From Cenococcum geophilum (taxonomy: Eukaryota): a stretch of DNA of 64,000 nt. The notes below the pieces were generated by a model. It was not told the origin of the DNA and ran no database searches. It saw only the letters and a list, made by a program, of their open reading frames with translations. This document shows positions 38,571-51,590 of the stretch, in pieces (position 1 is the stretch's first letter; each line of letters starts with the position of its first letter). A program made the translations under genes and the position numbers. Location: the NCBI GenBank assembly GCA_050273025.1, contig CP158636.1, forward strand, positions 744,001-808,000. The letters run 5' to 3'.

Positions 38571-39049
38571 TACCTAGCTCTTTCCTTCTTTTTGTAGAAT
38601 AGCTTTATATAGTGCCTTTTAGGTGCCTCTAGGATGCCCTATTATTAGGAATTAACTTTATACTTTAGGGATGCCTTTATTCTAAGCTTTGGTAACAATC
38701 TATATAAACGCAGTATACTACTATAATCCCTATATGTAATAAACGGGTAGTGTTCCTATAGGTGCCTTACAATTCCTTAAAATTTCTGATTCTTTATAGG
38801 CTGTCCTTTTGCTCCTCTTTGTACTATTGACTCTACTATATATCTCCGGTGCCAGGCTGGATACTCTCCTTTTATCCTTAGGGGATCTTTCTAAATCCCC
38901 AAGGCCACTTCTTATAGTACTACTACTCCTTCTTATATAGCGTCTTCTTTAAACAGTATCCTTAGTGGTTCTCCTATGGGTCCCTATAGGCTTCCTCTTA
39001 TAGGATTCTAGGATCCCTATTATAATAGTAAAACGTTTCCGTTCTTAAT

Positions 39050-42000
39050 GCCTATACTTACTCCTATGGTTTTAATTTATGGGGTCTTCCCTATTACTTC
39101 ACCTATAGTATATCTGGAACCATTTCTAAGTCTTTACCTTTGGTTCTTAGGAAGGTTTTAATTACAGTGTTATATCCCAGCCAAAGGTACTCCTTAGGTT
39201 CCCAACTATCATACGCCTAAGAGTATCCTTCCTAACAAACTAAAAATTCGCGCTTTTTCTGGCGCCATCTTTGGTCTAGAATGTCTTCTACATTCCATTC
39301 TAGTTCCCTATTAATTTCGCTAGGTAGGGGCAGTTCCGTACCATCTCTTCTCCAGTATAGCTCTAGCAAGGAAATATAAAATATAGGATATATTGGATAA
39401 GATTTCGGTAATTTCAATTTATAGGCTTGGTTTCCTTTAGTTTTCTTAACTATCTTAAAGGGTCCAAGCTATTGGTAATCCAGCTTCTTCTTAATGCGTT
39501 TTATTCGGATATTTTTTATAGATAGTAAGACTTCGTCTCCTATCTCAAATTCTTTCGGCATATATTTTTCGTTATAGTACCTTTTTTACACGGCCTGGGC
39601 GTCTAGCAAGTGCTTTTTAAGTTCCTCTCTGCGAATTCTTATTTGCTTAATTCTTTCGGACGCCGCTAGTGCCTCTCTTTTGGGAATAATGTCCTTAATG
39701 TTCTAGGGGTTATTTACTTTTACCCCAAACAATGCTTTATAAGGGGTCATTTTTATACTACTATAGATACTTATGTTATATACGTGCTGCGCCAGAGCCA
39801 ACTATAATGTCCAATCATCCTGTTAATAATTGATATAGTAGCGGAGGTAGTGTTCCAACAACGCATTTAGACGCTCTGTTTGCCCGTCTATTTACGGGTA
39901 AAAGGCAGTGCTTATCCTTCGCCGTATTTTTAACAAGAGATAGAATAAAGACCAAAATGCACTGTTAAATATGGTGCCTCTGTTAGACACGATTCCCCTT
40001 AGCGTACCAAACGAGAGCCACTATTCCAAAAACAGGTCTGCCAGTTCTACTACTGTGATCGTTGTTATAACAGCAAAGTATCCTAAAAACTTTATATACC
40101 TGTCAACGATTACTAGAATAGCGTTAGCAACCTCTCCAGTTCTTATCTTAGTAGGGGGTAAGCCTGTAATAAAATCCATTATTAATTTTAACATAGGTCC
40201 CTACGGAATAGGAAGCACTAATAACTCACCGTATAGGCGATACCTGGATATCTGTATCCTTTAGCACGTATTATACCTTAATATATAGTCCTTAACCTCT
40301 TTAGACATTCCGTCCCAAAAGTATTTCCTTTAAACGGCCTTAAGGGTCCTATTGGCACCGTAGTAACCCCTAAGAGGGTCGTCATAGAAGACCTTTAGAA
40401 TTTCGTCTTAAATCGCTTAGTCCTTCGGGACATATGCAGCACCCTTAAAGCGCAACAGACCCTTTTAGTCTTGCTACCACAGCTTCTTAGTAACTCCGGC
40501 CAAGTCGGTCTCCACTATATCTTTCCACCTCTCCCCAAAGGCGAAGGCGTCCCTTTATTAAGCTTAAAGGAGAAGATCTAGAAAGGTTTTATACAGATCA
40601 CTTACTTCCATTTCGCCTACCGCCATTATAAACTTAAGGCATAGCACAAGACGTTTCAAACCATTAGTGCTAGTAGATTCTCCTACCGTTGTATAGTATG
40701 CCACGCTACGGATAGGTATCTCGCCTATCCCCCTTAGATCTAAGAACTTGCAGCTGATGCGCCATCGAGTCAAAGGTACCGCGACACCTCTAGCACATCC
40801 CGCAGAATTCTCGCTAATTCTAGGGTACGCCAACTTTATAACGTCTGCTTGGTCTATAACCTAGTCTATAACTATATCCTGCGGCTCTACAATCGTGTTA
40901 CTTCGTAGCTACATCGCTAGGACCTCTACCCTGCCGCGAAATTTTATAGTTCTAGGGAAAGAGTCTTCTTTCTTCCTAAGCAAATTTTGCAATGTAGGGA
41001 TTATTTCCCCTATACTGTCCTAGATCCTCCCTGTCTTATAATCTAGACGTCTTAATAACCCATTAGCAGGATTTATCTTTCCTGGGCGGTACATAATCTT
41101 AAAATCGTACTGTAATAGTGCCTCTGCCTACCTAGCTTATTGACCGCTTAATACCTTCGTAGTTATAAAGTATTCCAGGTTGTTATAGTCTATAAGGACT
41201 TTAATGGGATAATTGCTTCCTATATAATAATATCGCTAGTGCCTTATTACTGCGATTATCGCAAGTAGCTCCTAGTCGTGCGTTATATAACGCTGCTTTA
41301 TAGGGGTCATTTTCCTTAACCAAAACGCCACAGGATGCTATTTTCCGTCTTTCAATTAAGATATAATTGCCCCTAGGGCAAAGCCAGATGCATCCGTTTC
41401 GAGGTATATATATAGCTCCCAGCAGAAGTGTATTAGGATAGGCGCTAATATAAACAAATCCTTTAACCGGTCTATAGCCTACTTAGCAGCTTCCCTAAAT
41501 ATAAAGGGTCCTAACTTCCTGCCATTCTTAGATCCTTTTAGTAGATCGGTAATTAGGAGTATTACTTATAAGTAGTAAACAATAAACGTTTAGTAGAAGT
41601 TCGCCGTGCCTAAGAAAACCTGTACTTCTCTAAATGTCGTAGGGTAGGGCTATTCCCTAATAGCGTCTACTCGACTTTTCTCCATTAACACTCCGTTAAC
41701 GCTAACGATAAAGCCCAAAAAATTAATACTAGTAGTATGGAACGTGCACTTTTTTAGGTTTATATAGAGCTCATATTTTTATAGTCTTTCTAGTACCATT
41801 TATACGTGGTGCGTATATGCTTCATAGTTATTAGAGTAGACTATAATATTATTAAGGTAGACCACATATATTATGTCTAATAGGCCTAATAATACCTTAT
41901 TAATATAGGCCTGAAATGTTGCTGGTGCGTTAGTAAGCCCAAATGGCATTACTAGGTACTTAAAGTGGCCGTACTATGTTTAGAACGCCGTTTTCTACTT

Positions 42001-44150
42001 ATCGCCGGCTTTAATCCGGATTTAATGGTATACATCTTTTAGATCTAATTTTATAAATATCTTTACGCCCAACAGCCTATTAATAAGCTCCCCTATTAAG
42101 GGTAACAGGTAGCAATTTTTTATAGTAATCTTGTTTAGCGCCTAATAGTCGACATAGAGGCAAAGGGTCCCGTCCTTCTTAGGTATAAATATAATTGGCG
42201 CCCCTGCCGGGCTTGTAGAGGGCCAAATCTATCCTCTCTAAAGATTGTTTACTATATATTAACGTAGTACCGCTAGCTTATTTTCTAACAGGTTATACAG
42301 CGGTCTAAAAGGAGGTTGTTTATCCCCTGTGTCTATTTTATGCTTAACCAATATAGGGTCGGGTAAGGTTTGTGCAGCCTCCTTACTAGAAACATCCTCT
42401 AAGTCCGTATATTTCTATGGAATCTCTAGTTCCTTAACTGCGCATAGCCGGACATCCGAAAATAAATATCCCGTGTCCCTGTTCTTAGTATTAAGAGTGG
42501 CATATATAGTATATGCCCACCCTTTTTCTTGCATATGGTTTAAGAAAGTCTCTTAATTTTTGACTATAATGCGCGGTTAAGACTTCCGATGTTAATACAA
42601 GGCTGAAGGCCAATTAATATCCGGATTGACTTGGCAAAGCTATAGGTATCCTAAAATAAGGTCGTACCCCTTGATTTCTACAGCACAAAAGCGCATCTCC
42701 TGCGTGTCCTATAGACTATTACGGTCCTAGCTAGCTATGGAAAAAGCCTGTTCCCCGTAGCATAGAATTTAGTAGCCTCTAATGCTTTAAACGGTGCGTA
42801 CCTGCGAGCCGCTAAGGTCCAAATCTAATTCTTTTACTAGTAATTAAGAAATGAACCCTATACTCGCGCCGCTGTCCATAAGGCAGTCTCGCGTTACCCA
42901 TTCATTATTGACTTAAATAGAGACAGGAATAACCATACGGCAGTTTACTCCCTCCTTCTCTTACTAGCCTAGTGTAAGGGAGTAAAGATCTACTAGGCTG
43001 TCTCTTTTCCCAATTAGGCCAACTCTTGCTTTTTCTGCCGGCAGAAGCGGCTTATATGGCCCTTCTTGCCGTAGTTATAACAGGTGCGTGTCTCCCGGTT
43101 CCCCTCCTACGGATTAGGTCTCTGCCCATTATTATTTTAGGGTTAACTAGCGTTGCTTTAGGGCTACAAGGCCTGCTTACGTTATCCTTCCACAGAGCGG
43201 TTAGGTCGGAATCTGCCCCTGTTATTAAAGCTAGGTCTAGTCCTACGCTCTTTATTATTAGCGTCTCATTCCTTTCGCTTGCCTAGATAGTCTCTTTTAG
43301 CACTTTTGATCCGAGTAGCTTCAGAGATAAGCTTTTCTTAAGAGGTAGGAATTTCGCCCTTCTCTTATATGGCCTGTTAAATCTTAGGTCGTAGCTTAGC
43401 GAGTAGCTAGTGAAGTTATATAGCGTTATCCTATAGATCTGAGTAGGGTATATTGTCTTCTAGTTCTTCTAAGTAGTTTACAAACTGGACCACAGTCTAA
43501 CTATCCCGCTATTTAGCGTCGTGGTATCGCTGGTTGTAGTCTATCCCTTAATTAGTAGGGTCTTGGACCTAATTAACTAACTAGGTCCTAAGTTCGCTAA
43601 ATTTAAAGGGTATAGTAAGTTTCTTCTTATAGCGTGTCCATAAACTCTCAACGGTGCCACGTAGGAAGGTAGAAGCAATCAGTGTCTAATTATACTCGTT
43701 AGAGTAACGTTTCGGATTCAGCCAAAACTTAGTTTCGCATTGTTGGATAAAACAATTATAGTTCTAAAGACTATCACCATAGTACTTATTAGGTTCCTTT
43801 ATGCGGAATTTAGGTTTTTCTAACGTTATAGCATAGTGTGGCGTTACCCCTTTAAGTCCGCTTCGTGTCTAGGGTGTCTATACTTCCCCTAATTGTCCTT
43901 ACAATTGTTCTTGGTAGTCTTAATATACTTATCTTAATTGTATCTCCAACTCCTTTATTTTTTATAGGGTCTCATATAGCGACCGCTCTAATAACTCCCC
44001 AGCGGTAATCGTTCCTAAAGGTCTCACAAGGTTAGACAGACCAGCCGTGGCTTCTTTATAGGAAGAGGGAATGCGCTCCTTTAGGGAGACTTTTTAAGCC
44101 TCTTACGGTAAGGGCGTTGCTTCGTGGGGTATAGGAGTATAGTTCGTCAT
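39050..44150 (-). pseudogene. Gypsy D gag and pol with chromodomain
   Basis: ATG at 44150. LMDSGA (PR), LVMPFGLTNAPATFQ (RT), ETDASGFA and HPVAF (RH), AFYP..DGQTER (IN), and chromodomain EWNVEDILDQR..REFLV. Confidence 0.93.
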
Positions 44151-44198
44151 CGTTAATTAATAGCCGTACGTTCCTAACGGATTGTAAGCGATTAGAAT

Positions 44199-44576
44199 TG
44201 TAAGAAGCTAGTCTAACCAGAACGTATAATTATCTAATCAATAGTGTCACCGGTAAGTAGAAGGTAAGTCAAAGGTAAATAAAAGGTAAGTTAAAGGTAG
44301 AATAAGTTTCACGTATTAAAGAATAAATGCTTCTAACCACTTCTATTTAGAGACTAATCGCTGGTTCTTCTCTAGAGGAGAACCAGCTCCCTATATAATC
44401 TTTCTAAGACGCCAGCAAAACCCTTTGCCCCTTATCTGTCTGACTATGTCTTCTGGGACGTAGATGGAACATAGGTAAGACCTCCTTTTGGAACATAGAT
44501 AAGACCTCCTTCTGGAACATAGATAAGACCTCCTTCTGTCTTATCTGATATGTACCTTCTGGGGAATTCCGTTACA
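44199..44576 (-). repeat. 5' LTR of Gypsy D
   Basis: Direct repeat of 36787-37164. Confidence 0.95.
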
Positions 44577-44803
44577 ACCAACCCCTTTTTTAAATAGCGA
44601 GAACATGGAGACGGTATAATCTTACTAAGAGATAATATTACAGCAATAGTGCGAGCACGACGTTGGGCGTGTAAAGAAGAAATTGCTTTAGGTATAATAA
44701 GCAATAATATTAACTAAATTAATTAGACGGATATTACACCTCTAGTAAACAACTTAAAGATAGTTAGGATCTTTAAGGACGAAGATAAAAAGGAGGGAGA
44801 TAG

Positions 44804-45228
44804 TGTTATGGACGCTTTAAGTACAATATTATAACTACTTAGAGAGAAGTCGGAAGAAGCTAGTTAGTTAATTTAGGCACGGTCTAGGATGGATCTGGTA
44901 GAACTATATAACGAGGAATAATAGCTAAGGTTATATAATATGCTACGTATTAAACGAGAGGAATAAAAGGAACTTACGTACCTTATATATAAGACGTACA
45001 TTACGTACAAGAAGGATTTCATAGGAGTACGGTTGTGTATTTAAGGACCCTTAGTCCCTACCTAGATAGTTCCTTCCTTATAGTAATTCTTAGAATATAA
45101 TTGGAGTTAATCTATTAGGCAACCACTCCACCAGTTATTATTACGTTGTTAACTATTATCTTTACATTTCCTACACACCTAGCCTATTAACGAGCCCATC
45201 GTAGTTCCTGCTATAAGGTTCCGTTACA
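44804..45228 (+). repeat. 3' LTR of Gypsy A1
   Basis: TG..CA ends, followed by TSD GCTAT. Confidence 0.93.
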
Positions 45229-45619
45229 GCTATAGCTTAAATAACTACCTTAAACACAGATTAAATATCTACCTTAACTATAGATTAAAGGAATCTACCG
45301 CGAGTACGGATTAATTAACTGCCTTAAATATAGATTAAAACGGTATCCCCTAAATTAAATAATTTAGAAGAGCCTCCTATAAAGGATGCTAAATAGTTAC
45401 TAACTCCTAGTAGAATGGTACCTCTAGATCTACTAACGTTAAACACTATAAGGACTTTAAGATAATATCTTAGATATAATTAAAGCAATTCCTATCTAGC
45501 CTATATCGGTACCAGTTAAGCCTATATTGGCACTAGTTATAATAACCACAACGTTACTAAATACGACGTCTATAATGTTACTAGAGTATTAATATCGGCC
45601 TATTAGCAAATCAAATTAA

Positions 45620-45856
45620 GCCTTACTATTACCCTTTTTTTCTACTTAACTATATCTAAATTTCCTATTTTTTGGTATAGTTTTTACCTTTATTTATCTT
45701 CTATGGCTTTAACTATATCGTTAAATTTAGGGGGGTATATAACCGACTACCAGACCCTGTTTTACTAGCGTTAGCACTACTCTTATATATTTTAGATATG
45801 GTTAAAATAAGTTATAGACTTTAGAGTTTAGGGGTCTACCTTTATATATTTATATC
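45620..45856 (+). mobile_element. 3' end (UTR, PPT, partial LTR) of an old Copia A relative
   Basis: Homologous to the reverse complement of ~4978-5110. GGGGGG-TA is followed by TATAACCGACTACCAG at 45738. Confidence 0.75.
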
Positions 45857-46021
45857 TATCGGGAATAAGGCAAGTGATTATTATATATTGCCGCAACGCT
45901 AGCGTAGCAAGGAGCCCTAAGCTCCTCGCCCTTCCTTATTCTAGATAATAAGTATATTAATTATTATCACTATAACCTACTCTAGTAGTTATTATTGGTG
46001 AGTCACCCTATATAACCAACA
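45857..46021 (+). repeat. Family E LTR-like repeat
   Basis: TATCGGGAATAAGG..ACCAACA, an inverted match to 51-216. Confidence 0.7.
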
Positions 46022-46499
46022 CTAATTAGTGGTTGGATATATAGTTAACCATAGAGCAGCTAGGTTTTTAAATAGAAGAGATAGTCTTATATAGGGGTGC
46101 TATATACGCTTATATGGAATAGATCTTAGCAATATTATACTACTTTAGACTTACGGAAAACTAGTAATAAAAGTATCACTAAGTACTAGGAGATACTAAG
46201 TTGCGTCTATTATATAGAATAACCGCGTTTATAAAGATTTGGTTAAGTACTTTAGGTTAAAAGTATTACTAAACCTAAGGTCCTAAGTTAATGTTTAAAA
46301 CGCGTTAAATAACTACCTTAATACACTCTATATACCTTTATAGACTATAGGATTATAATTAATACCCAACTACACGTTAAACAACCTTTATTTTCCTTAA
46401 TCTTTTTATTAAAACGCGTTAAATAACCCTTAATAATAGCTATTATGGCGTTAACCTACCTAAAGAAGTATGAGGATAATATTAACCTAGAAATATAGA

Positions 46500-48838
46500 A
46501 CACTAATATAACTAACCTTAAAGATACTAATTAGTAAGACTTAAATGGATTCTTATTATACTGTATAGTATACTATAAAGATAGCGAATATAATAACACT
46601 ATGCTATAGTACTGTATAAGGGAGGACTTTATTAAATAGATAAAGGGAATATAGACTCCTATAAAGAAGGATATTATATAAGACTTTTATAACTTCTTAC
46701 GGGAGTATAGAGTGTTTATACCTATAGACGGGGGTATTATTAGAGATAATATTTAGGAGTAGGTTATTAATGTAAAAGAAGAGTATAAATAAACTCTATA
46801 AGAGATTAAGCACTAACTACACACTATAAGGAAGCTTAACTTATAATAGAATCTAAGCAATATACCTCTAAAGGCAATTCTACTTCTGCCTTTAACTCCT
46901 CTATATCTAATTTAACCTATAACTTTAACGTTAAATACTATACCCTAATAAGAGCAGGCGCAGGATCCCATTACTTCGCGATTTAATAGCCTTTAGACTC
47001 CACCAACTAGACCTACGTCCCTACTATAGCCTGTAATACAACTCCTACCTCCTCTATCTTAATTTTAAATCGAAGGTAGTTTAAAATTGCTTATAGAGCT
47101 TACAAAGCTCTATTTGGATTAAGAGAAGAAGTTTAGTAGGGAATTATATAATATTCTTATATAATAATAGGCGGATATCGCTATAGATTTTGTTATTAAC
47201 CTACTACCCTATAAACAATATAGCTGTACCTATAAGAATATCCTTATAATAATATACCGACTTATAAAAGAGCGCCACTATATCCCAACCAAAGGCGTAG
47301 CTGTTAGCGACATTACTAACGCTTTCCTCTATAAAGTTTACTAACTATATAGGTTACCTAACTTAATTACGTCCGACCAAGGTATATAATTTAACTCTAA
47401 CGTATAGAGATAAATCTACTAACGCCTTAGCATCTCCATTAAGATGTCTATATTCTTTTACTATAAAACTACCAGGTAACTAGAAAACGCTAATACTAGT
47501 ATAAAAGCGTACCTATAACAGGTAGTCGCCTATAGTTAAAATAACTAGGTAGATTACCTCCTACTAGGTAAATTCGTAGCAAATAATTACGTCTTAACCA
47601 CTATAGGACTTACCCCGTTCTTTGCAAATAAGGGTTATTACCCCTAATCTGGTATAGAGCCACTAGAACCTATTAATAAGAAACTACTATATAGAAAACG
47701 CCTTAAGATACTACTTACCGACCAGTATATAAACCGTATAAAAAACCTACTTAACTACTATAAGGGAGAAATAGCCTAGGCTTAAGTAAAGTAGGCCTAC
47801 TTTACCAACTGTTATAGAACGCCACCACCAGAGATGCGTATTGGCGACTAAGTATAGCTAGATATACGCAATATCTCTATATAGAGGCCTATAAAGTTAC
47901 TCGATTATAAAAACCTTGGCCCCTATCTAATTAAATAAGTTATTAATAAGGAAGCCGTATATAAGCTAGAACTCTTACCTACCCTAGCCACCTATAGGAT
48001 ATAGCCCGTATTTTACCTATAGCTACTACACCTTTATTAGCCTAACCCCTTACTGGGGTAGATATAGCCTAAACCCCTACTAGTACTAATCTAAGATAAG
48101 AATAAAGACAAGAACTATAAGGAGTGGACTATTAAACGAATTATTAACTCTAAATACTTTAGTAAAGGTAGAGGACGATAGCTCTACTATAGAGCTATAT
48201 ATATAGGATTTAATATAAATTAGCCAGAATAGTAACTATAGGAAGACTTTAAAAATGCAAAGGATTTAATTAGCGACTTTTATTACGCGAACCTATAGAA
48301 ACTGGGCTTAAGTAAAGATTTTATACCTAATCCTCTATAGGAGCCCTTATAGAGTTAAACCGTTATATATTACCACGTAAGGGCAAATTACCATTAAATT
48401 GCGGTAAAGTGCGATTACGTAACTAGAATATCGTTAAGATATCTAGGAACTTTAACTAGCGGTTAAAGTTATCTAATTAGTTGGATTTTTAAATACTAAG
48501 CCCTATTATATAACGTTATTTTAAGCCTTTAGCAATACCCCCCTTTCTTCTTTTCTATACCTTAAGTGTCCCTTTTATATATATATAGTAACCATAGCGT
48601 CGCCAGAGCTCCGCCTCTATAGAAGGGGGAGTAGTATTATAGAACCCCACCATAGGGGCCTCTATAGGAGAGCCCCGTGCTCTCGCGTACACCTTATATA
48701 CAGCTTATATACAGCTTATATTAGCTACGCGTAGGTATATTACCTCCTTACGCCCTTAACCCTTACAATTAATCGCGTAACGTCTTATAGACTCCTTAAA
48801 TACATACGCTTTATAGCTACTGCCCCCGTCCCGTGATA
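46500..48838 (+). mobile_element. 5'-truncated Gypsy F: integrase-chromodomain remnant, PPT and 3' LTR (48635-48838)
   Basis: ADIAIDFVINL, ITSDQG, PFFANKG, KNLGPY and a chromodomain near 48120-48300. PPT AGAAGGGGGAGTAG. LTR ends TATTATAG/CCGTGATA (de-RIPed TGTCACGG/CCGTGACA). Confidence 0.8.
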
Positions 48839-50064
48839 TAAAGCTACCCTTAATATTCTAAACGTGTATTAATACCCGCTAGCGACTTTCCTTTATATTC
48901 TCCCAAATACTAGCTTTTAGAGTATACTATTTATTCGCCAATAGTATTTAGATAGGAAGGCGCTTATTTATATTTGTAGTATTATGGATATTATAAGAGC
49001 TGCGGAGATTATAAGGGCTGCGGAGATTGTAAGAGGATGGAGGAAAGCTTTTAGGAGAGTCGGTGTTATTAAGGTCTTTATCTTTATCACTGTCTAAAGA
49101 TTTGCTATCTAAAGGAACCTTATATATAGTGTTTAGGTCACTATAAGAGGTAAATTAGTAAACAAGATGCTAAAATAATATAACTAATACATACGATTTA
49201 ATAGCTATTTTAAGCTTTATATTTATATTAGCAGCCTTTTTAGCCTACTTTTTAAGAAAAGAAGATAAACGACCCTTATTAAGCCTCTTTTTAGAAGTAT
49301 TAGGTGGCGGTAGTAGGGAGGCGGATAGTAAAGTAGCGGATGGCAAAGTAGCCTACGGTAAAGATATAGGCAGCGGAAAGGCATCCAGTAAAAAGGTAAG
49401 CGGGTTTTTAGCGGATTTCGCTCTATCCTTATTATTATTATCTACTAAACCCTATAAAGAGCGCTTCGGTATATATTTGCTAAAATTACATTAACTATAG
49501 GCACAATTTAGTATTAAAAGGCTTACTCTTTAGGAATAAAATCCAAAGACTTAGTAGGAGCAGCTATAGCGTACTTAACAGTATCGAACTTCTTATTATT
49601 AACATCGCGTATATCGAGTTCCTTAACCGCCTAGTTACTATTATTCGCATTAATATTATTTATAGATATAAATATAGGCATTATAGACAGTAGTATTCTA
49701 AAGAATGGTATATAAAACAATAATAATAAAGTTTACGGTGCGGTACTAAGAGGTAGAAGGTTAGTAAAGGAAGAAGAGGTACGGAGGTTAATTAAAGGTA
49801 AATATCTACACTAACAATTTTATTAAATTAGCTCACTAACAAATAATCGCTGCTATAGTGACTTACTTTAGTAAAAATTAACAGTGTAAGGATATAAATA
49901 TCTTTATCTTAGCTTATATAGATATTATCATCTTAGCTTATACGGATATTATAATATTAATCTATTAAATATAAGGCAGAGACTTAATTCCTACGTATAT
50001 AGTAGTAAAGAGGTAAGAGTTACTATTTTATTACTTTAAACCTATAATAATAGCTAACCTATAT

Positions 50065-50818
50065 TTACTTAAGTTCTATATCCGGTAACCTAACATTGCG
50101 TATAAGTGTAGTAATACTACGCCTTATAAACGTAAGCTTATCCTTTATCTTACTTAGAGAACCTTTAAGCTTACTTAACCGGTAATCTATAGCCCGAACA
50201 TCTTTTACTACCTTAGCTACTTGTTTATAAACTATATTAACGCACGTGGAAATAGCAATTACTAAATATACCCTAACATTTTCCATACTAGTAGGAGTAA
50301 TAGTACTAGAAGCAGCACCAGGCGTACTAAAAATTAGTAAAAAAATAAAAGGAGCAGTGGCAGAATAAGTGCCTCTACGGCTATACATATTACTATAAGT
50401 AGAAGTCTTAGGGGGAGGGGAGGTCTCTAGAGGGGGGATAGTGCGGGTATAAAGCTATGCGGATATCAGCAATATCCGTATTATTAAAATGCGGATATTA
50501 TACCTTTTTAGTAGGTATTTTAGTCGGACTACTAGCAGAAGCTAATTGCGTACGTTTTTTGCGCTAAGGTATAACTAGCTCTAGTCTTAACAAACTATTC
50601 TATATGCGTATTAGCTAATAGAATGGTAATATACTATTAGTATATACCTTTTTATACAACCTACTACTTAAGCGATATCTTAAGCACGTACCTCTACAAT
50701 ATGGCCTAGCGTTCTACTTATAAACACGACATTTATAGTCTTACTTAACGCATAGAGCGTATAGCGGATTACGCAGTATACTAGAGCTACTCTTAATATT
50801 CTAGATATGGGTATATAT
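50065..50818 (-). pseudogene. Zn2Cys6-like + coiled-coil gene remnant
   Basis: De-RIPed C-x2-C-x6-C-x14-C-x2-C-x6-C, an intron-like GTATAT..GCTAAT..TAG at ~50647-50600, and a heptad-rich tail (ORF 50065-50388). Confidence 0.55.
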
Positions 50819-51488
50819 CTACTAGTAAGCTTCCTTTATATTTTCCTAAGCACTAACTTTTAGGGTATACTATTTATTTGCTAACAGCACTTAAATAGGA
50901 AGGCGCTCTTTTATATTAATATCCGATATTATAGCTTAGGCCGTCTATATACTATAGAGCTTATAAGGGCTATAGAGATCGTAAAAGGATAGAGGAGGGC
51001 TTTTAGGATAGTCGGCGTCATTAAAATTACTCTCTTTATTATTATCTAAAATCTCCAACATTTCTATTAGGTTACTATAAGAGGTAAATTAGTAGATAAG
51101 ATACTAAAAGAGTATAGCTAACATATATAATTTATAGGCTATCTTATACTAAATATTTTGCGTAGTAATTCTATTAGCCTACCTTTTAAGAGAAGCAGAA
51201 GTATAACGAGGATTAAACTTTTTAAAAGTAGTAGGCGATAAAGAAATAGGCGGCTTAAATGTAGGCGGCAAAGAGGTAAGCGGTAAAGAAGTAGGTAGTA
51301 AAGAGGTAAGTGGATTTCTAGCGGATTTTGTAATAGCATTATTATAGTACTCTATTATATCTAATAAAGAGTGCTTTAGTATATATTTCCTAAAATTATA
51401 TTAGCTATAGGTATAATTTAGTATTAGAAAGCTTACTCTCTAGGTAAAGATTCTAAAGGATTAATAAAAGAAGGAGCGTCCTTAAAAG

Positions 51489-51590
51489 TGTAACGTTTCC
51501 CGCCCTAACGTCGCCATTCGGCCAAAAAGACACGGAGTGCTTGCGAACTTTTTCGCAAGTGCGGCGGGATCTAATATATATACTCTTACA
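51489..51590. mobile_element. 102-bp solo LTR
   Basis: TGTAA..TTACA ends, TSD AAAAG, absent from the paralogous cassette. Confidence 0.85.

Larger units (their letters stand above)
36787..44576 (-). mobile_element. Ty3/Gypsy chromovirus D nested in the 3' region of A1
   Basis: 378-bp LTRs at 36787-37164 and 44199-44576, TSD ACCAA, PPT AAAGGGGAGGCAAT (minus strand) beside the left LTR. Confidence 0.96.
36300..44695 (-). pseudogene. Antisense accessory gene of Gypsy A1, split by element D (parts 44577-44695 and ~36300-36786)
   Basis: The ORF track shows PKAISSLHAQRRAR..PSPCSRYLKKGLV. It continues left of D as YVALVSLSSR*PSFYSECTKAN. Confidence 0.6.
14312..45228 (+). mobile_element. Ty3/Gypsy chromovirus A1 (outer element, ~7.8 kb without inserts), heavily RIPed
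   Basis: 425-bp LTRs at 14312-14736 and 44804-45228, TSD GCTAT on both sides, PPT AGGAGGGAGATAG at 44791-44803. Confidence 0.95.

Noticed and set aside
44444..44704. 86-aa ORF as a real gene
   Set aside because: It is a chimera of the A1 antisense gene start and the D LTR 24-bp repeats.
13149..46021. 13149 and 45857 repeats as the LTR pair of one element
   Set aside because: They differ in length with large indels, have no TSD, and have no PPT immediately before 45857.
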